From: Phyllobates terribilis | Taxonomy: Eukaryota | NCBI RefSeq assembly: GCF_046119375.1 | Contig: NW_027362767.1 | Location: forward strand, 238,452,001-238,516,000 | Direction: 5' to 3' | DNA: 64,000 nucleotides | Part shown: positions 31,349 to 52,100 of the stretch, one piece after another | Layout of the letters: each line of letters opens with the position of its first letter | Numbering within the stretch: position 1 is the first letter of the stretch | Translations under genes and position numbers: made by a program | Notes under the pieces: model-generated | The model's input: only the letters and a program-made list of their open reading frames with translations | What the model was told of the DNA's origin: nothing | The model's database searches: none

Positions 31349-33998
31349 ATGTATAAGCTGGATCTCCCCTTAGATGTGAAAGAAGTCGCCGCCATTGAAA
31401 GGAGAAGAAACAAGGAGCAACAACGACAAAGCCGAATATTCAATGCCAGAGTCCGGACCATCGGGGTGAGTGCGGTGCGGCTCCCCGAGGTGAGGTCTCT
31501 GATCACGGCTGCCAATACTTATGGCCTCTTTGTGTAGGTGGATGTGGAGTCTCTGGAGAAGCAGGTGGAGGAGAGGAAGACGATGGAGAGGACGGAGAAG
31601 GCTCGGGAGGAGGCGTTCGGTAAATATTACTGAGTATCTGTATGGGATCAGCCCCATTGGAGTGAATGCTGCCAAGCTGCAGTACCAGACACAACCTGTG
31701 GAGAAATGTGGTGCTGTTTTCAAAAGAAATATGGTTACGGATCCTTTAATGTTTTTTTTCTTCCTGGACCCACAGATGCAGACAGAGAACATGATGATAA
31801 AGTGGCTGTGATGCTGGAGCAGAGCGAGCAGAAACTGTCCCGTGATCTGGACCGGGCCGTCCAGAATTACAGGGAGCAAAATCAGAAGCCCGAGACCCGG
31901 AGGGAATTCGACCTGTACGATCCAGACGCTCTGAAGAAGGACAGACCGGCCCGAGTGAGCGACGACGACCCCCGGTGTGGAGCCGCCAGTCTGCAGAGGT
32001 TTGCTGGGGAAGACCTGAGCCAAACGAAGCGGAGAGACATGCAGACGGAGATGACAAAACAATGGCTGACGGGGCAGATGGACGAGAGGAAGAGGAGGGA
32101 AGCGCAGCAAACATATGCAGGTCAGAAGGGTATTCCAAGTCCTACCCTGCTTGTTTAGTGCCGGCTGTGGTATGCAGCCCGCATCTGCCTCAACAACAGT
32201 GCAGAGCAAGTTCAGATGGCTGCTGTTTAGCCGCTGCTTAACCTAAATGTCGCTGTCAATTACATCCTTTCAAGCTCCCGTCGACCCTCCCCATCCTGGC
32301 ACACATGCGCTACACCCCCCATGTTATCCCGGGGTGCCGATGGGTCGCCATAGCAGATGGGGGCCCCCTTGTTGCCATGTGGGTACTCCTTTGAAGCCGA
32401 GCTGCAGGCTGGTATTTGTAGGAGACGATGGTATTTGCTATACTGAGACTTCACAGTGTACAGTACGAGTGATCAAGCGATCGCAGGTTTCCGGCACCTT
32501 GAATTAAAATATAGCATAAAGTGAAAATAAATTAAAAAAATATATATATATAAAAAAAAAAAAAATTAAAACCTGAACCTATAACAGTCCATACAGGCTG
32601 CTTACATTAATACCAGAATATTATGGAATTACTATGTAAGCAATTCTTCAATACATTTATGTTAAAATATCTGATAGTTTGATTTTTTTTTGTTATATTA
32701 TGGAATTGCTGTTTATGCATTTCCCCAATGTAATCAGATCTCTGACTTTTTCATTCATTGCCGCAGATAATCTACACGACAGGAAACGCGTGGAGCTGGA
32801 CGAGAGGGCCGAGCACCTCGGCAGGATGGAGGGAGCGTGCCGGAGGGCAGTGGACATGGCCACCAATCACTTCAATCAGGCCTTGGTGAGTGGCCCGGAC
32901 GCTCCTCGTGGGCAGGGAGATACTGTAGTGACCGGGATCCTGTCCTCTTGGTCCAGGCCCTGGAGGTGTCAGAGCGCAGGAGACGGCACAAGCAGCAGGA
33001 GGAAGATAACAACTTTGCAGAGATTTACAACCACCTGAGCGGAGACATACTGACGGAGAATCCCGCAGCGGCCGTCAGCGCCTTCGGGCCACATCGCGTT
33101 GTGCCGGATCGTTGGAAGGGGATGAGTCCGGAGCAGATCAAAGCCATCTTAGATATTCAGAAGCAGCAGTGCCAAGAAAAGCAGGTACCGCCCGAAATCC
33201 TGAGCAGTGTTTCTCCAATATGGCAGCTATTGTAATACATCTCAGACATGCACATTGTGCTCCATAGATGTCGGTCCCATCTTCAGGACCTACATCTTTC
33301 TTGAGAACGTCGCCCCGTCTTTCACTGCCAAAAAGGAAGAGGTGACCGCTCATGCCGGCCCCCTCCACTCACTTCTATAGGGTCCAAGTGTTTGCGATGC
33401 GAACATCCCCTCGTGCTGCAGACGGTTCCTAGTACTACTTTACCGTAATCCCATTTTGATGTTTCTCAGAGGCTGAAGGAAGAGGAGAAGCAGCTGAACA
33501 CGGAGTGGGACCGGCAGCGAACACTGGCAGCGCGCGCCGCCATGAATTTAGAACAGCAAGAACAGGAATTCAGCAGGGAAACGAGGAAGCGGCTGGATGG
33601 GTATAACCAGCAGCTGAACCGGGAGCAGAGGGCACAGTGAGTCGCTCAGCACGTGTTTACTATGTAATCTGAGAGCAGCACGATGTAGGGGCTGAGACCC
33701 TGATTCCAGCGATGTCACTTCTTAGGCTGTTTTAATACAATCAGTGTTTTATCAGCAGGAGATTATCAGTACAGGACTAGGTGTCTCGTGCCTCCTAGTC
33801 CAACCCCTCCCCCACCACTGATTATCAGCTTTCTATCAATGTATAGAGGATTTCCATAAAGCATAAAAAATGCACATGTACATACAATTTATCTAATTTT
33901 TTTTCTTCTTTTGTAGCCAAGAGTATCTGGATAATGTGGTTTACACCAACAACCCCACTGCTCACTACCACAGTCAGTTCAACACTGTCAGCCGCTGA
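31349..33998 (+). CDS. RIBC1: RIB43A domain with coiled-coils 1 (ciliary microtubule inner protein), 379 aa
   Basis: Exons 31349-31465, 31538-31619, 31776-32120, 32767-32885, 32957-33184, 33470-33636, 33917-33998 total 1140 nt, all [43 protein letters not shown]...[14 protein letters not shown]...[14 protein letters not shown]...[21 protein letters not shown]43A family is certain; RIBC1 rather than RIBC2 is assigned from the N-terminus and adjacency to HSD17B10. AATAAA 34075-34080. Confidence 0.9.
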
Positions 33999-34804
33999 CT
34001 GTCTCCTGACCTCCGGGAAGCATTTATATTTATATAGCGAGGGTCCGGTGTATGGTAAACCGCTGTCATTTATCAATAAAGATAACTGTGGACAGAGTCT
34101 CACTTTTGTATTCAGTGTGAATAGACTCTTACATGTAATCTACAGCATGAAGCTGCCACTGACAGTTTGGAGTATCCACCAATCACAAGAGATGATGGGC
34201 ACAGATCACCTCCTCCACCCTCCCTGCACAGTGACCTCCGCATAGATCTCAGAGCGTGCGTACAGGGCTTTCCCATAGAAGTCATCGGGAGGCAAACTTA
34301 TTAAGACCGGTTTTCATATGCCTGTGATAGTTATTGGGCTATAAGCTGTCCCTCCTGACACCCCGTACACAGGAACACTCGGCCTCCACAAGAGCTGCGG
34401 CTGCACTCCTCTGGCCGTGGCTTATCTCAGAGCAGAAAAAAAGAATCGGCCATTGGAAATCCAATGATCCTTCCCTAACAGGAGGTATGAGAGTCAGGAG
34501 GCCGCCACATACATGAAACTGATATCAGCGAGTTCAGCACATTTTAGTCTAATGTGTACGGTGATCTATAAACTGATTTGTGTTGGTTTAAAATGCCTCA
34601 AAATAATTTTTTTTGCGTATTTTGGTGCGTCCTTAACTATTTCTCGACTGCCTATAAACATCCAGGCGGCCACACTCCACACTGTACTCAGTATTGACGT
34701 TTGAGAACGTCAGTGCAAAGTATGCATCATGTAGGAGATTGTGCAACTGTGAGGGCGGGGAGCCGGCTGTCAGACACAGCCAGACTCCCCACAAAGAAGA
34801 CCTC

Positions 34805-35500
34805 ACATCCATCCTGTAATAATGTCCCCCGTCCTGGCCTCTATCCTGTAATAATGACACCCCCCCGTCCTGGCCTCTATCCTGTAATAATGACCCCCCT
34901 GTGCCCTGGCCTCTATCCTGTAATAATGACCCCCCAAGTCCTGGCCTCTATCCTGTAATAATGACCCCCCCCCCGTCCTGGCCTCTATCCTGTAATAATG
35001 ACCCCCCCCCATCCTGGCCTCGATCCTGTAATAATGACCCCCCCCCCCATCCTGGCCTCTATCCTGTAATAATGACCCCGCCGTCCTGGCCTCTATCCTG
35101 TAATAATGACCCCCGCCCCCCAGGCCTTTATCCTGTAATAATGACCCCCCCCCCTCTGGTCTCTATCCTGTAATAATGACCCTCCCGTTCTGGCCTCTAT
35201 CCTGTAATAATGACCCCCCCCCCGTCCTGGCCTCTATCCTGTAATAATGACCCCCCCCCTAGGCCTTTATCCTGTAATAATGACCCCCCCCCCTCGTTCT
35301 GGTCTCTATCCTGTAATAATGACCCTCCCGTTCTGGCCTCTATCCTGTAATAATGACCCCCCCCCGTTCTGGTCTCTATCCTGTAATAATGACCCCCCCG
35401 TTCTGGCCTCTATCCTGTAATAATGACCCCCCCCCCCCGTCCTGGCCTCTATCCTGTAATAAAGTTGCCCATCCCATAATAATGTACCCCATCCTGTAAT
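34805..35500. repeat. ~34-36-bp minisatellite (ATCCTGTAATAATGAC-polyC-GTCCTGGCCTCT)
   Basis: Direct reading; unit length varies with the poly-C tract. Confidence 0.92.
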
Positions 35501-36172
35501 AACGTCCTCTGTCCTGTACCCCATCCTGACAATGTGTATGGGGGGCTTTAGGATCAGTGGTCAACATTAAATCCGTTTGGTCTGACACGAGGCACCCCCT
35601 TGATCAGCTATTTTCAGCTCCAGTGGGGGATGAATGTAAAGAGTGAACAGAGCCGAAAAGCACTCACTTCAATAGGAGCTGAGCGTCACTACCCTATCAC
35701 CACTAGGGGGAGCTCACGTGTAACGGCAGGTATGAGACCATGAAGCCTCTCTAGACCCCAGGGGATATCACAGGAAAACCATTCAGTCCTAACCTGCCAT
35801 ATGTGCAATATAGTACATGTAGCAAGCTACCAGGGTGAGGATAATCCAGAGGGAACTAGAAGATGCAGAATTTGGGTGGGCACTGATTACCGGGATCCCA
35901 CTGCGTTTATGCAGGGAGGGGAAGTTTGCATGGAGCGAAGGCCGAACATGAGATCTTTCCATCCAGTGTCAGAGGGAATCCAGGACACAGCTGAATACAG
36001 GGCTCAAAGCAGAGAGTAGCTCAGAACAATGAAAAAGTGCCATACCATGCCCAAATAATACTGTCATATAGTGCATAGATACCGGTGACATGCAGTGTCT
36101 AAATAATGCCACATGAGGTATAAATATTAGTGCTGCACACTGCGAAAATAATACCACTAACTAATTATATAT

Positions 36173-36415
36173 ATAGTGCAGACCAAAAGTTTGGACACAC
36201 CTTCTCATTTAAATATTTTTCTGTATTTTCAGGACTATGAAAATTGCACATTCACACTGAAGGCATCAAAACTATGAATTAACACATGTGGAATTATATA
36301 CTTAACAAAAAAGTGTGAAACAACTGAAAATATGTCTTATATTCTAGGTTCTTCAAAGTAGCCACCTTTTGCTTTGATGACTGCTTTGCACACTCTTGGC
36401 ATTCTCTTGATGAGA
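36173..36415. mobile_element. Tc1-like terminal fragment
   Basis: Begins TA-TAGTGCAGACCAAAAGTTTGGACACACC, a Tc1-type TIR. No partner end was found. Confidence 0.6.
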
Positions 36416-36664
36416 TGTATCAAAACCGGTGCAAAGGAGAAGTGCAGTAGCAGTCATGGCTGTTGGCGGCAGCTTGGCCTCCTCTCCCCTCACTGTTATT
36501 GCTCTTTAGCCTGAGGAGCCTGCACACCCTGACGTCAGAGTCCCGGAGAGTCACTGCCGTTCTCCTTTCTATCCGCTTTGCCTTTGAGGCCGCACAACAA
36601 TCTACACTCGACTTAATAGGAATATGACGCCTTTAATTGCGCGCGGCAGGAGAGCTTCACTGCT

Positions 36665-36776
36665 ATTGGCTAGCTGAATATTACACCGCCGGTCTCATTG
36701 GATGGAAAGTTCACGCCCTCTGTGTCGTTGGCGGCTCTGATTGGTGAAGTCTTACAGACTGCTGATAGATGATTGG
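36665..36776 (-). promoter_or_regulatory. Four CCAAT (ATTGG) boxes in the HSD17B10 promoter; ZNF143/THAP11-type ACTACAACTCCCAGCATGC at 36887-36905
   Basis: ATTGG at 36665, 36697, 36740 and 36772 (spacing 32/43/32), just upstream of ATG 36807. Confidence 0.6.
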
Positions 36777-36806
36777 CTGACTGCTCTACCAGGGTTTCGG
36801 GGAATC

Positions 36807-44170
<7,364 letters not shown>

Positions 44171-45425
44171 TGACGTGGATACCGCCCAGGAGAAAACTAA
44201 GCCCTGCACCCCATCCTTGCCATACGCCGTCAGTGCTCGGGTACACAGGAGCCGTGGGGGATTGTACTAATAGACTGCAGTAGCGCCCCCGAGGGGTCTG
44301 TGATGCCAAGAATGTGCCCAGGGTGTTCTTATAAAGACCTGGAAGATCTGTCCATGATTGTAGCCTAGGCGCGTACATGCGGAACCAGGCAAAAATACAG
44401 TTTTGTGTTTTAAAATAAATTTCATTATTTGATTTATTGTAATCGGTCCACATTGTATTAATGGGCCAGACCAAATAATTATGCCAGCATTTTAACCCTT
44501 TTACAGCCAGCACAGCCCATGTATGTATAATATGGACCCCTAGAAGTTCAATTTTCGCCCCCTATACCTCCATTACACAGAATACAATGGGACATGTCAC
44601 AATTTTATGTTTTGGTGACCGTCTGTGTACCCCAAATGTGATATCCAACGTTTTTATGAAGACACAGTGATGGCTACAGTGCCCAAACTATTATCTCCTC
44701 TATTTATTAGCCCCTTTACCACCTTGGGTTTTTGCATTTTTGTTTTTTCCTCCCAGAGCCATAACTTTTTTATTTTTCCGTCAATATGGCCATGTGAGGG
44801 CTTTTGTTTTGTAGGAACGCGTTGTACTTTTGAACGACACCATTGATTTTGCCACATATTGTACTGGAAAACTGGAAAAAAAATCCAGGTGCGGTGAAAT
44901 TGCAAAAAAAAAAAGTGCAATCTCACAATTTTTTTTATTTTTTACCATGTTCACTAAATGCTAACACTGACCTGCCATTATGATTCTCCAGGTCATTACG
45001 AGTTCGTAGACCCCAAACATGTATAGGATCTTTTCTATTTAAGTGGTGAAAAAAAAAATCCTTATTTTGTAAAAAAGAAAAAAAAGTTGCCATTTTCCAA
45101 GACCCGTAGCGTCTCCATTTTTCATGATCTGGGGCCGAGTGAGAGCTTATTTTTTGCGTGCTGAGCTGCCGTTTTTATTGATACTATGTTATGATCACCC
45201 ATTATTGCATTTTATTGCAATGTTGCAGCAACCAAAAAAACGTAATTCTGGCGTTTTTGATTTTTTTTTTTTTTCTCCTTACGCCGTTTACCGATCAGAT
45301 TAATTATTTTTATATATACTGTAGATCGGGTGATTCTGAACGCAGCGATACCAAATATGTGTATATGTGACTTGTTTTTTTAATTGATTTATTCTGAATG
45401 GGTCACAAGGGGATTTGAACACACA

Positions 45426-45482
<57 letters not shown>

Positions 45483-46183
45483 ATTAATTATTTTTTTTTA
45501 TTTTAATTTCTACATTCTTCAATGGTCTCCATAGCAGACTAGAAGCTGCGATCACCTGTGCCACACATAGCAGGGATTCAGCTCTTATGTGTAGCAAAAA
45601 TGCTTATCTGCTATGAGCGCTGCCCATGGGACGGCGCTTATAGCAGTACGGCAGTCACAACCACAGGGGTCTCCTGCAGGCCCCGGGTTGTCACACCAAC
45701 CCATCAGCACCCCGTGATCGTATGACGGGTGCGCCAATGGGCAGAGTTAATGACGCGCGATCATGTTAAATGCTGTTGTCAGAGATTGACAGCGGCATTT
45801 AACACGTTAACTGCCGTGGGTGGATCGCGATTCCACCCGCAGCTCTTAGGGGCACATACACATTTTTGGAAATCAAAGCAGTTAAAAGATGCTCAAAAAA
45901 ATGATCATATGCACAGCAAGTTGTTTTTACATAGAAATGCATAGGATCATTCTTTTAAGCGTTTTTGTAGCAGAATCTGCCAGGAAAGATATGTGACGTA
46001 CCCAAAGAGGCAGATGCCCCCTTGATTTGAGCTGATGGGATTTTGGAAGTTGGTGAACAAGTATAATTAGAGGAAGGCGGGGGGAGATCAGATTTATGCC
46101 AGTTAACCTTCAATCCAAAAAATGTTCCAAATACCCATCAACTACAGGAGAGAGGCCAGGGAAGGACCATCATCCACCAGATA

Positions 46184-49100
46184 CAAACATGGCCGAAAGT
46201 GTTGGCACCCTTGAAATTGTTCCAGAAAATTATTCCTATTACACATTGTAGGGTTTTACTCACTCAGCCGCGTTAGAGGTAGACACAGGAAACTGTTTCT
46301 TTAAAAACGTTCAAGGCAGGTTTATTATAACTCCATAAACCGCACTTTTAGAAGTAAACAAAAGACAGTACAGAGTAACGAAAACAGAAAATAAACAGTC
46401 CATACAATATGGCGGGTTCACCCGCTCAAGGTCAGTGTCTTTTAGCACTAAACACTCTGGAGGTCTCCACACCTATAGACACTGAATGAGACACTCTGTT
46501 TCCATTTTATATACATGCCCTGGGGTGGGGATATGTGAGCAGCCATTCCCTCCCAACGCTTATGACTGCTCGTAAAAACCAGCCCTGATACACCCAATTA
46601 ACCCTCTCAGCACTACGTGTGCTGGAGCATGTTTTTCGCCGGTTTACCCGAAGCTACCAACCTCGGTGATACATATCTCCCCTCAAGGACCTGTCCAGCA
46701 GCCATCTTACATACCCCACTCCTCTGCCCAAAGCCGGGGGGGCTTGGCACCTGCTGCTACCATCGACAGTGCGTCAGCATTGCCATGCAGTTTCCCCGGC
46801 CTATGCTCTACATGGAAGCTAAAAATCTTGATGAGCTAGGAACCACTTGGTCACTCGGACATTGTTCCCCTTCTTCTCGCTCATCCACCTTAGTGGGGCA
46901 TGGTCTGGCACCAGCCTGAACTTCCTGCCTAAGAGGTAGTATTTTAGAGTGTCTAACGCCCACTTGATGGCCAAACATTCCTTCTCCACTATGAAGTAAT
47001 TCTTCTCACAAGATGTCACTTCCGGCTTAAAAACACTATGGGGTGCTCTTCCCCGTTCATCTCTTGTGATAGGACAGCACCCAGACCGGTATCTGACGCA
47101 TCCGTTTGGACCACGAACTCCTTAGAGAAATCCGGTGCCACCAACACTGGCTGTTTACACACAGCTTGCTTCAGTTCATGGATGGCCGTCTCAGCTTCTG
47201 GAGACCACTTAGCCATAGCCGATTTTGTCCCTTTAACGAGGTCTGTCAAAGAGGCGGCTATCATGGCGAAGTTAGGGCTGAACCGGCGGTAGTAGCCCAC
47301 GAATGCTCTGACCTGTTTTTTTGAGAGAGGTTGCGGCCAACCCTGGATCGCCTCAACTTTATTTGTTTGGGGCTTTATCACGCCTCAGTCTACGACATAG
47401 CTCAGATATTTGGCTTCCTCCATGCCCATGGCACATTTCTTCGGGTTGATGGAAAACCCCACCTTCCGTAGAGCATTGAATATCGCCTGGACTTTGCTCA
47501 GATGGTTTCCTCAGTCCTGGCTGTAGATCACGATATCATCCAAGTAGGCCGCTGCATATTTCTTGTGGGGAGCTAGGATCCGGTCCATGGCTCTATGGAA
47601 GGTAGCTAGGACTCCTTGCAACCCAAACTAAATCCTTGTGTATTGGAAACTTCCGTCTGGTGTTGAGAAGGCCGTCTTCTCCTTGGATTCTTGGGATATA
47701 GGGATTTACCAATACACTTTTGTGAGGTCAAGGGTGGTAATATACCTGGCCGGCCTTAGTCTTTCAATTAGTTCATCAACCCTGAGCATTGGGTACGAAT
47801 CAAACTTAGAGACCTCATTCAGTTTCCTATAGTCATTGCCAAACCGCAATTCTCCATTTGCTTTCGGTATTAAGATTATGGGACTGGACCAGCCACTCAT
47901 GGACTCTTCAATGACTCCCTAGACCCAGCATGCGTTTCACATCTTTCGAGATTACCTCTCGGCAGGCTTCAGGAATCTGGTATGGCTTCATGTTTACTTG
48001 GACATGAGGCTCCATAAGCACCTCATGCTCTATGATCTGAGTAGACCCTGGTAGATCCGAGAACAGGTCCCTGTTCCTCTGTAGCAACTCGTGGCACTGT
48101 TGCTTTTGGGCACGTGACAGCGATTCTGCCACATTGACTTCTCCCACATCGGCTTCCGACTTCGCCACCAAAGACGGAGCTTCCACGGGCTCCCTATCTC
48201 GCCATGGCTTAATCAGGTTGATGTGGTACAGCTGGTAGGGCTTCCTTCTCCCCGATTGGTGGACTTTTATAGTTGACATCGCCAACCTTTTCCACTACTT
48301 CATAGGGACCCTGCCACTTAGCCAGGAATTTGCTCTCCACCGTAGGTACCAGCACCAGTATCCGATCCCCAGGGTTGAAGTGTCTCACCCTCGCCGATCT
48401 ATTATACACCCTCGACTGTGCCTGTTGTTCTTTGAGGAGGTGTTCTTTCACAATGGGCATCACCTCTGAAATCCTCTCTTGCATCTGGGCCTCATGTTCA
48501 ATCACACTCCTGTAGGGTGTAGACTCCGCCTCCCAGGTCTAATTTGCTACGTCCAGGAGTCCGTGGGGGTGTCGGCCATATAACAGCTCAAACGGGGAGA
48601 ATCCAATAGAGGCCTGTGGAACTTCTCTAATGGAAAACAGAAGGTACGGCAGTCCCAGTCCTGGCCGTCTTGCTCTACGACCTTCTTTAACATGGCCTTC
48701 AAGGTTTTATTAAACCTCTCCACTAAGCCATCTGTCTGGGGGTGGTAGACTGAGGTCCTGCACAACTCCCTCATCACCCTTGATATAAATAGGGTCCCTT
48801 GGTCCGTTAGGATCTCCTTAGGCAACCCCGTTCTAGAGAAGATGTGGACCAGCTCCCGGGCTATACATTTGGCAGAGGAGTTACGTAGTGGCACGGCCTC
48901 CGGATACCATGTAGCATAGTCCAGTACCACCACCAGGATATACTTATGTCCTCTGGCGGACTTGACCAGGGGTCCCGCTAGATCCATGGCTATGCAATAA
49001 AATGGCACCTCAATGATCAGCAACGGCACTATGGGGCTACGGAGGTGAGCCACCAGGGAGGTCAGTTGGCAGGTGGGACACTACCTACAATAATTTACAA

Positions 49101-52100
49101 TTTCTCTGTGACAACCGGGCCAATAGAACCTCTGGAGGATCCTTTCCTGGGTTTTCTCTACCCCCCAGATGCCCACCCAACACGTGTATGGGCCATATCG
49201 AACACCCTGCATCTGTACGGCCCTGGCACTAGTAACTGCTCAATTGCCTTCCCTCTGAGCTTGGTGACCCGATATAGTAACTCCCCATTTACAGCATAGT
49301 ATGGATATCGGGTGTCAGCCCCCGGCTCTTGAGCAATGCCATTGAGAACAGTTACATTATCAAACGCCCCTTTTAGAGTTAAGTCCCTGAGCTGGGCGGT
49401 TTCAAAGTTTCCTCTGGACACCTCCAGTTCTCATCCTCATGCCCAATAAGTACGCAAAAAGGAAACCCGGCGGCGGCCTGTGATGAGGTTTCTTTAGGAG
49501 TGACTGGGTTGTTGTCTGGACAATCCGGCTCCCTCCCAAACCCCCACAAGTCCCAAAACAAGTCCGGCCCTATTTATAACAGGGTGCAACAGGTCCTTGA
49601 CGACGCCCACCTCATGGGACTCTGCGCCACAGTTTGTGTCTATGACCACTCGGTCCATAGGGTAGTCCTTAGAGTCCCCATGGATACAACAGACGTTGAC
49701 CTTTTTTCCCAGAATCAGCCGATGAGGAATTGTGGCCCTCACTAGGGTCACCAAACTCCCCGAGTCTAACAGAGCAGTCACTTGCATACCATTCACAGGC
49801 GCGAGGCATGCTTGCGAACCCTAGCCTGGTTGAGGGACAGCATTGCCGGCAGGATATGCAAAGTATGAACTGCGATGTCCTGCACTGCAGGCCATTGGCT
49901 TGTTGGTCATGGGGCAACAGGCGGCTATGTGACCTGGCATGTGACACCTCCAACATACTATGTTATTGGGCGGGACCTTTGGCAGCAACTCAGACCCCTC
50001 CTGGGCTCTAGGACGCCCCCCAGATATGGTTCTAGTTCCCCTCTTTTGGGTGTCCGCCCCCTTTTGGGAACCCCAGTATGGAGAAGCTACAACCCTGGCT
50101 TTCCCAAGGAACTCTCCACCGCCTGGTACCTTTCCACCAACCCCATCAGGTCATCGGCATTACGGGGATCTCCCTGGGCAACCCAGGCTTGCACTGACCT
50201 CTGAAGGGAGTGTATGAACCTGTCCATGATGACCCTCTCCACCATCTGTGCTGGGGAGGAAGATTCAGGTTCCAACCACTTTTGGACCAGTTGTAGGCGG
50301 TCAAACATTTGGGAGGTCTGTCACTGCAATAGGCCCGGTGGTGCACACATTACGCCCTGACAGTCAGTCACTCCCAAGCGCGCCAAGATCTCCGTTTTTA
50401 ATTTGGCGTACTCTTGAGTCCTGCAATGCCAAGTCATAATAGGTCTTCTGCGGCTCGCCTGTTAAATATGGCGCCAGAACCTCCGCCCACTGCTCCGGAG
50501 GCAATTTCTCACGCTCTGCCACCCTCTCAAATACAGTCAGGAACGCCTCAATGTCATCACCCGGGGTCATCTTTTGTAACGCTCTCCTTACCATCGTTCT
50601 GACGTGTGAGTCATCACCTGGACTTGGTGGTGGGGCGGTTTGTTGGCCCTGGATGGCGGTCGCCAAAAGCTGCATCTGCTGCTGTTGATGCATCTGCTGT
50701 AGAAACAGCTTGTTTGTCTCCTGCTGCTGTTGATGCGACAGGACCAGGTGTTTTATTACGTCCTCCATGCTGCCGGACGTCCCTTGCTGGCTGGCGGCCT
50801 TCACCCAGGACATAAACGGTTTGCTGTAGCAGTCACACTGCCCCTTGGGATTCGTGCCCGTGCTTCTAGCACCAATTGTAGAGGTATTGGTACTCACTCA
50901 GCCGCCTTAGAGGTAGGCACAGGAAACGATTTCTTTAAACACATCCAAGGCAGGTTTATTATAACTTCATAATACCTACAACACTTTTAGAAGTAAACAA
51001 AAGACAGCCTTGTCCAGCACAGAGTAACAAAAACAGAAAATAAACAGTCCATACAATATGGCGGGTTCGCCTGCTCACGGTCAGTGTCTTTTAGCACAAA
51101 ACACTCTGGAGGTCTCCATACATACAGACACTGAATGAGACACTCGGTCTCCATTTTATATACACACCCAGGGGTAGGGATATGTGAGCAGCCAATTCCT
51201 CCCAACTCTTATGACTGCTCGTAAAAAACAGCCCTGATATGCCCAATTAACCCTCTCAGCACTACGTGTGCTGGAGCATGCTTTTCCCGGGTTTACATCA
51301 CCGAAGCTACCAACCTCGGTGATACATATCTCCCCTCAAGGACCTGTCCGGTGGCTATCTTACAACATGTTTTGTTATACACCTGTTCATTTTCTTTTTG
51401 TGTATTGGAACACACAAAAAATAACAGAGAAAAAAAGGCAAATTGGGCATAATTTCACACAAAACCCCTCAAATGGGCTGGACAAAATGGTTGGCACCTT
51501 TTCAAAACTTGTAGGTAAACAACTTTGTTTCAAGCATGTGAAGCTCATTCAAACTCACTTGTAGCAAGTAACAGGTGGGGGCAATATGAAAATCATACCT
51601 GCAACCAGATAAAAATAGAAGTTGACTCCATCTCTGCATTGTGTGTCTGTGTGGGCCACACAAAGCGTGGAGAACAGAAAGAGGTGAAGAGAACTGTCCG
51701 AGGACTTGACAATCAAAATTGTTAAAAAATATCAACAATCTCAAGGTTACAAGTCCATCTCCAGAGATCTTGACATTCTTTTGTCCACGGTGCGCAACAT
51801 AATCACGAAGTTTACAATCCATGGCACTGTAGCTAATCTCCCTGGAAGTGGACGGCAGAGAATAATGGATGGTGGATAAGACCAATCAAGATCCAAAGAA
51901 ATTCAAGCTGTCTTGCACTCTCAGGGCGCATCAGTGTCAGCGTGAACCATCCGTCAACATTTAAATTAAATTAAACGCTATGGCAGGAGACCCAGGAGGA
52001 CCACACTGCTGAGACAGAGACATAAAAAAGCCAGTTTCCAAAATGTACGTGAGTAGGTCAAAATCCTTCTGGGAAAGCGTCTTGTGGACAGATGAGTCCA

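Noticed and set aside
31370-32209. 279-aa antisense ORF over RIBC1
   Set aside because: Shadow ORF of the coding exons, spanning introns and lacking recognisable motifs.
35700-35713. CTCF-like CCACTAGGGGGAGC (also GCGCCCTCTGCAGG at 40315-40328)
   Set aside because: Single motif matches without supporting context; the first probably belongs to a dispersed repeat.
50650-50740. Poly-Gln stretch suggesting a cellular gene
   Set aside because: It is part of the retrotransposon gag N-terminus between the PBS and the SCAN-like region.
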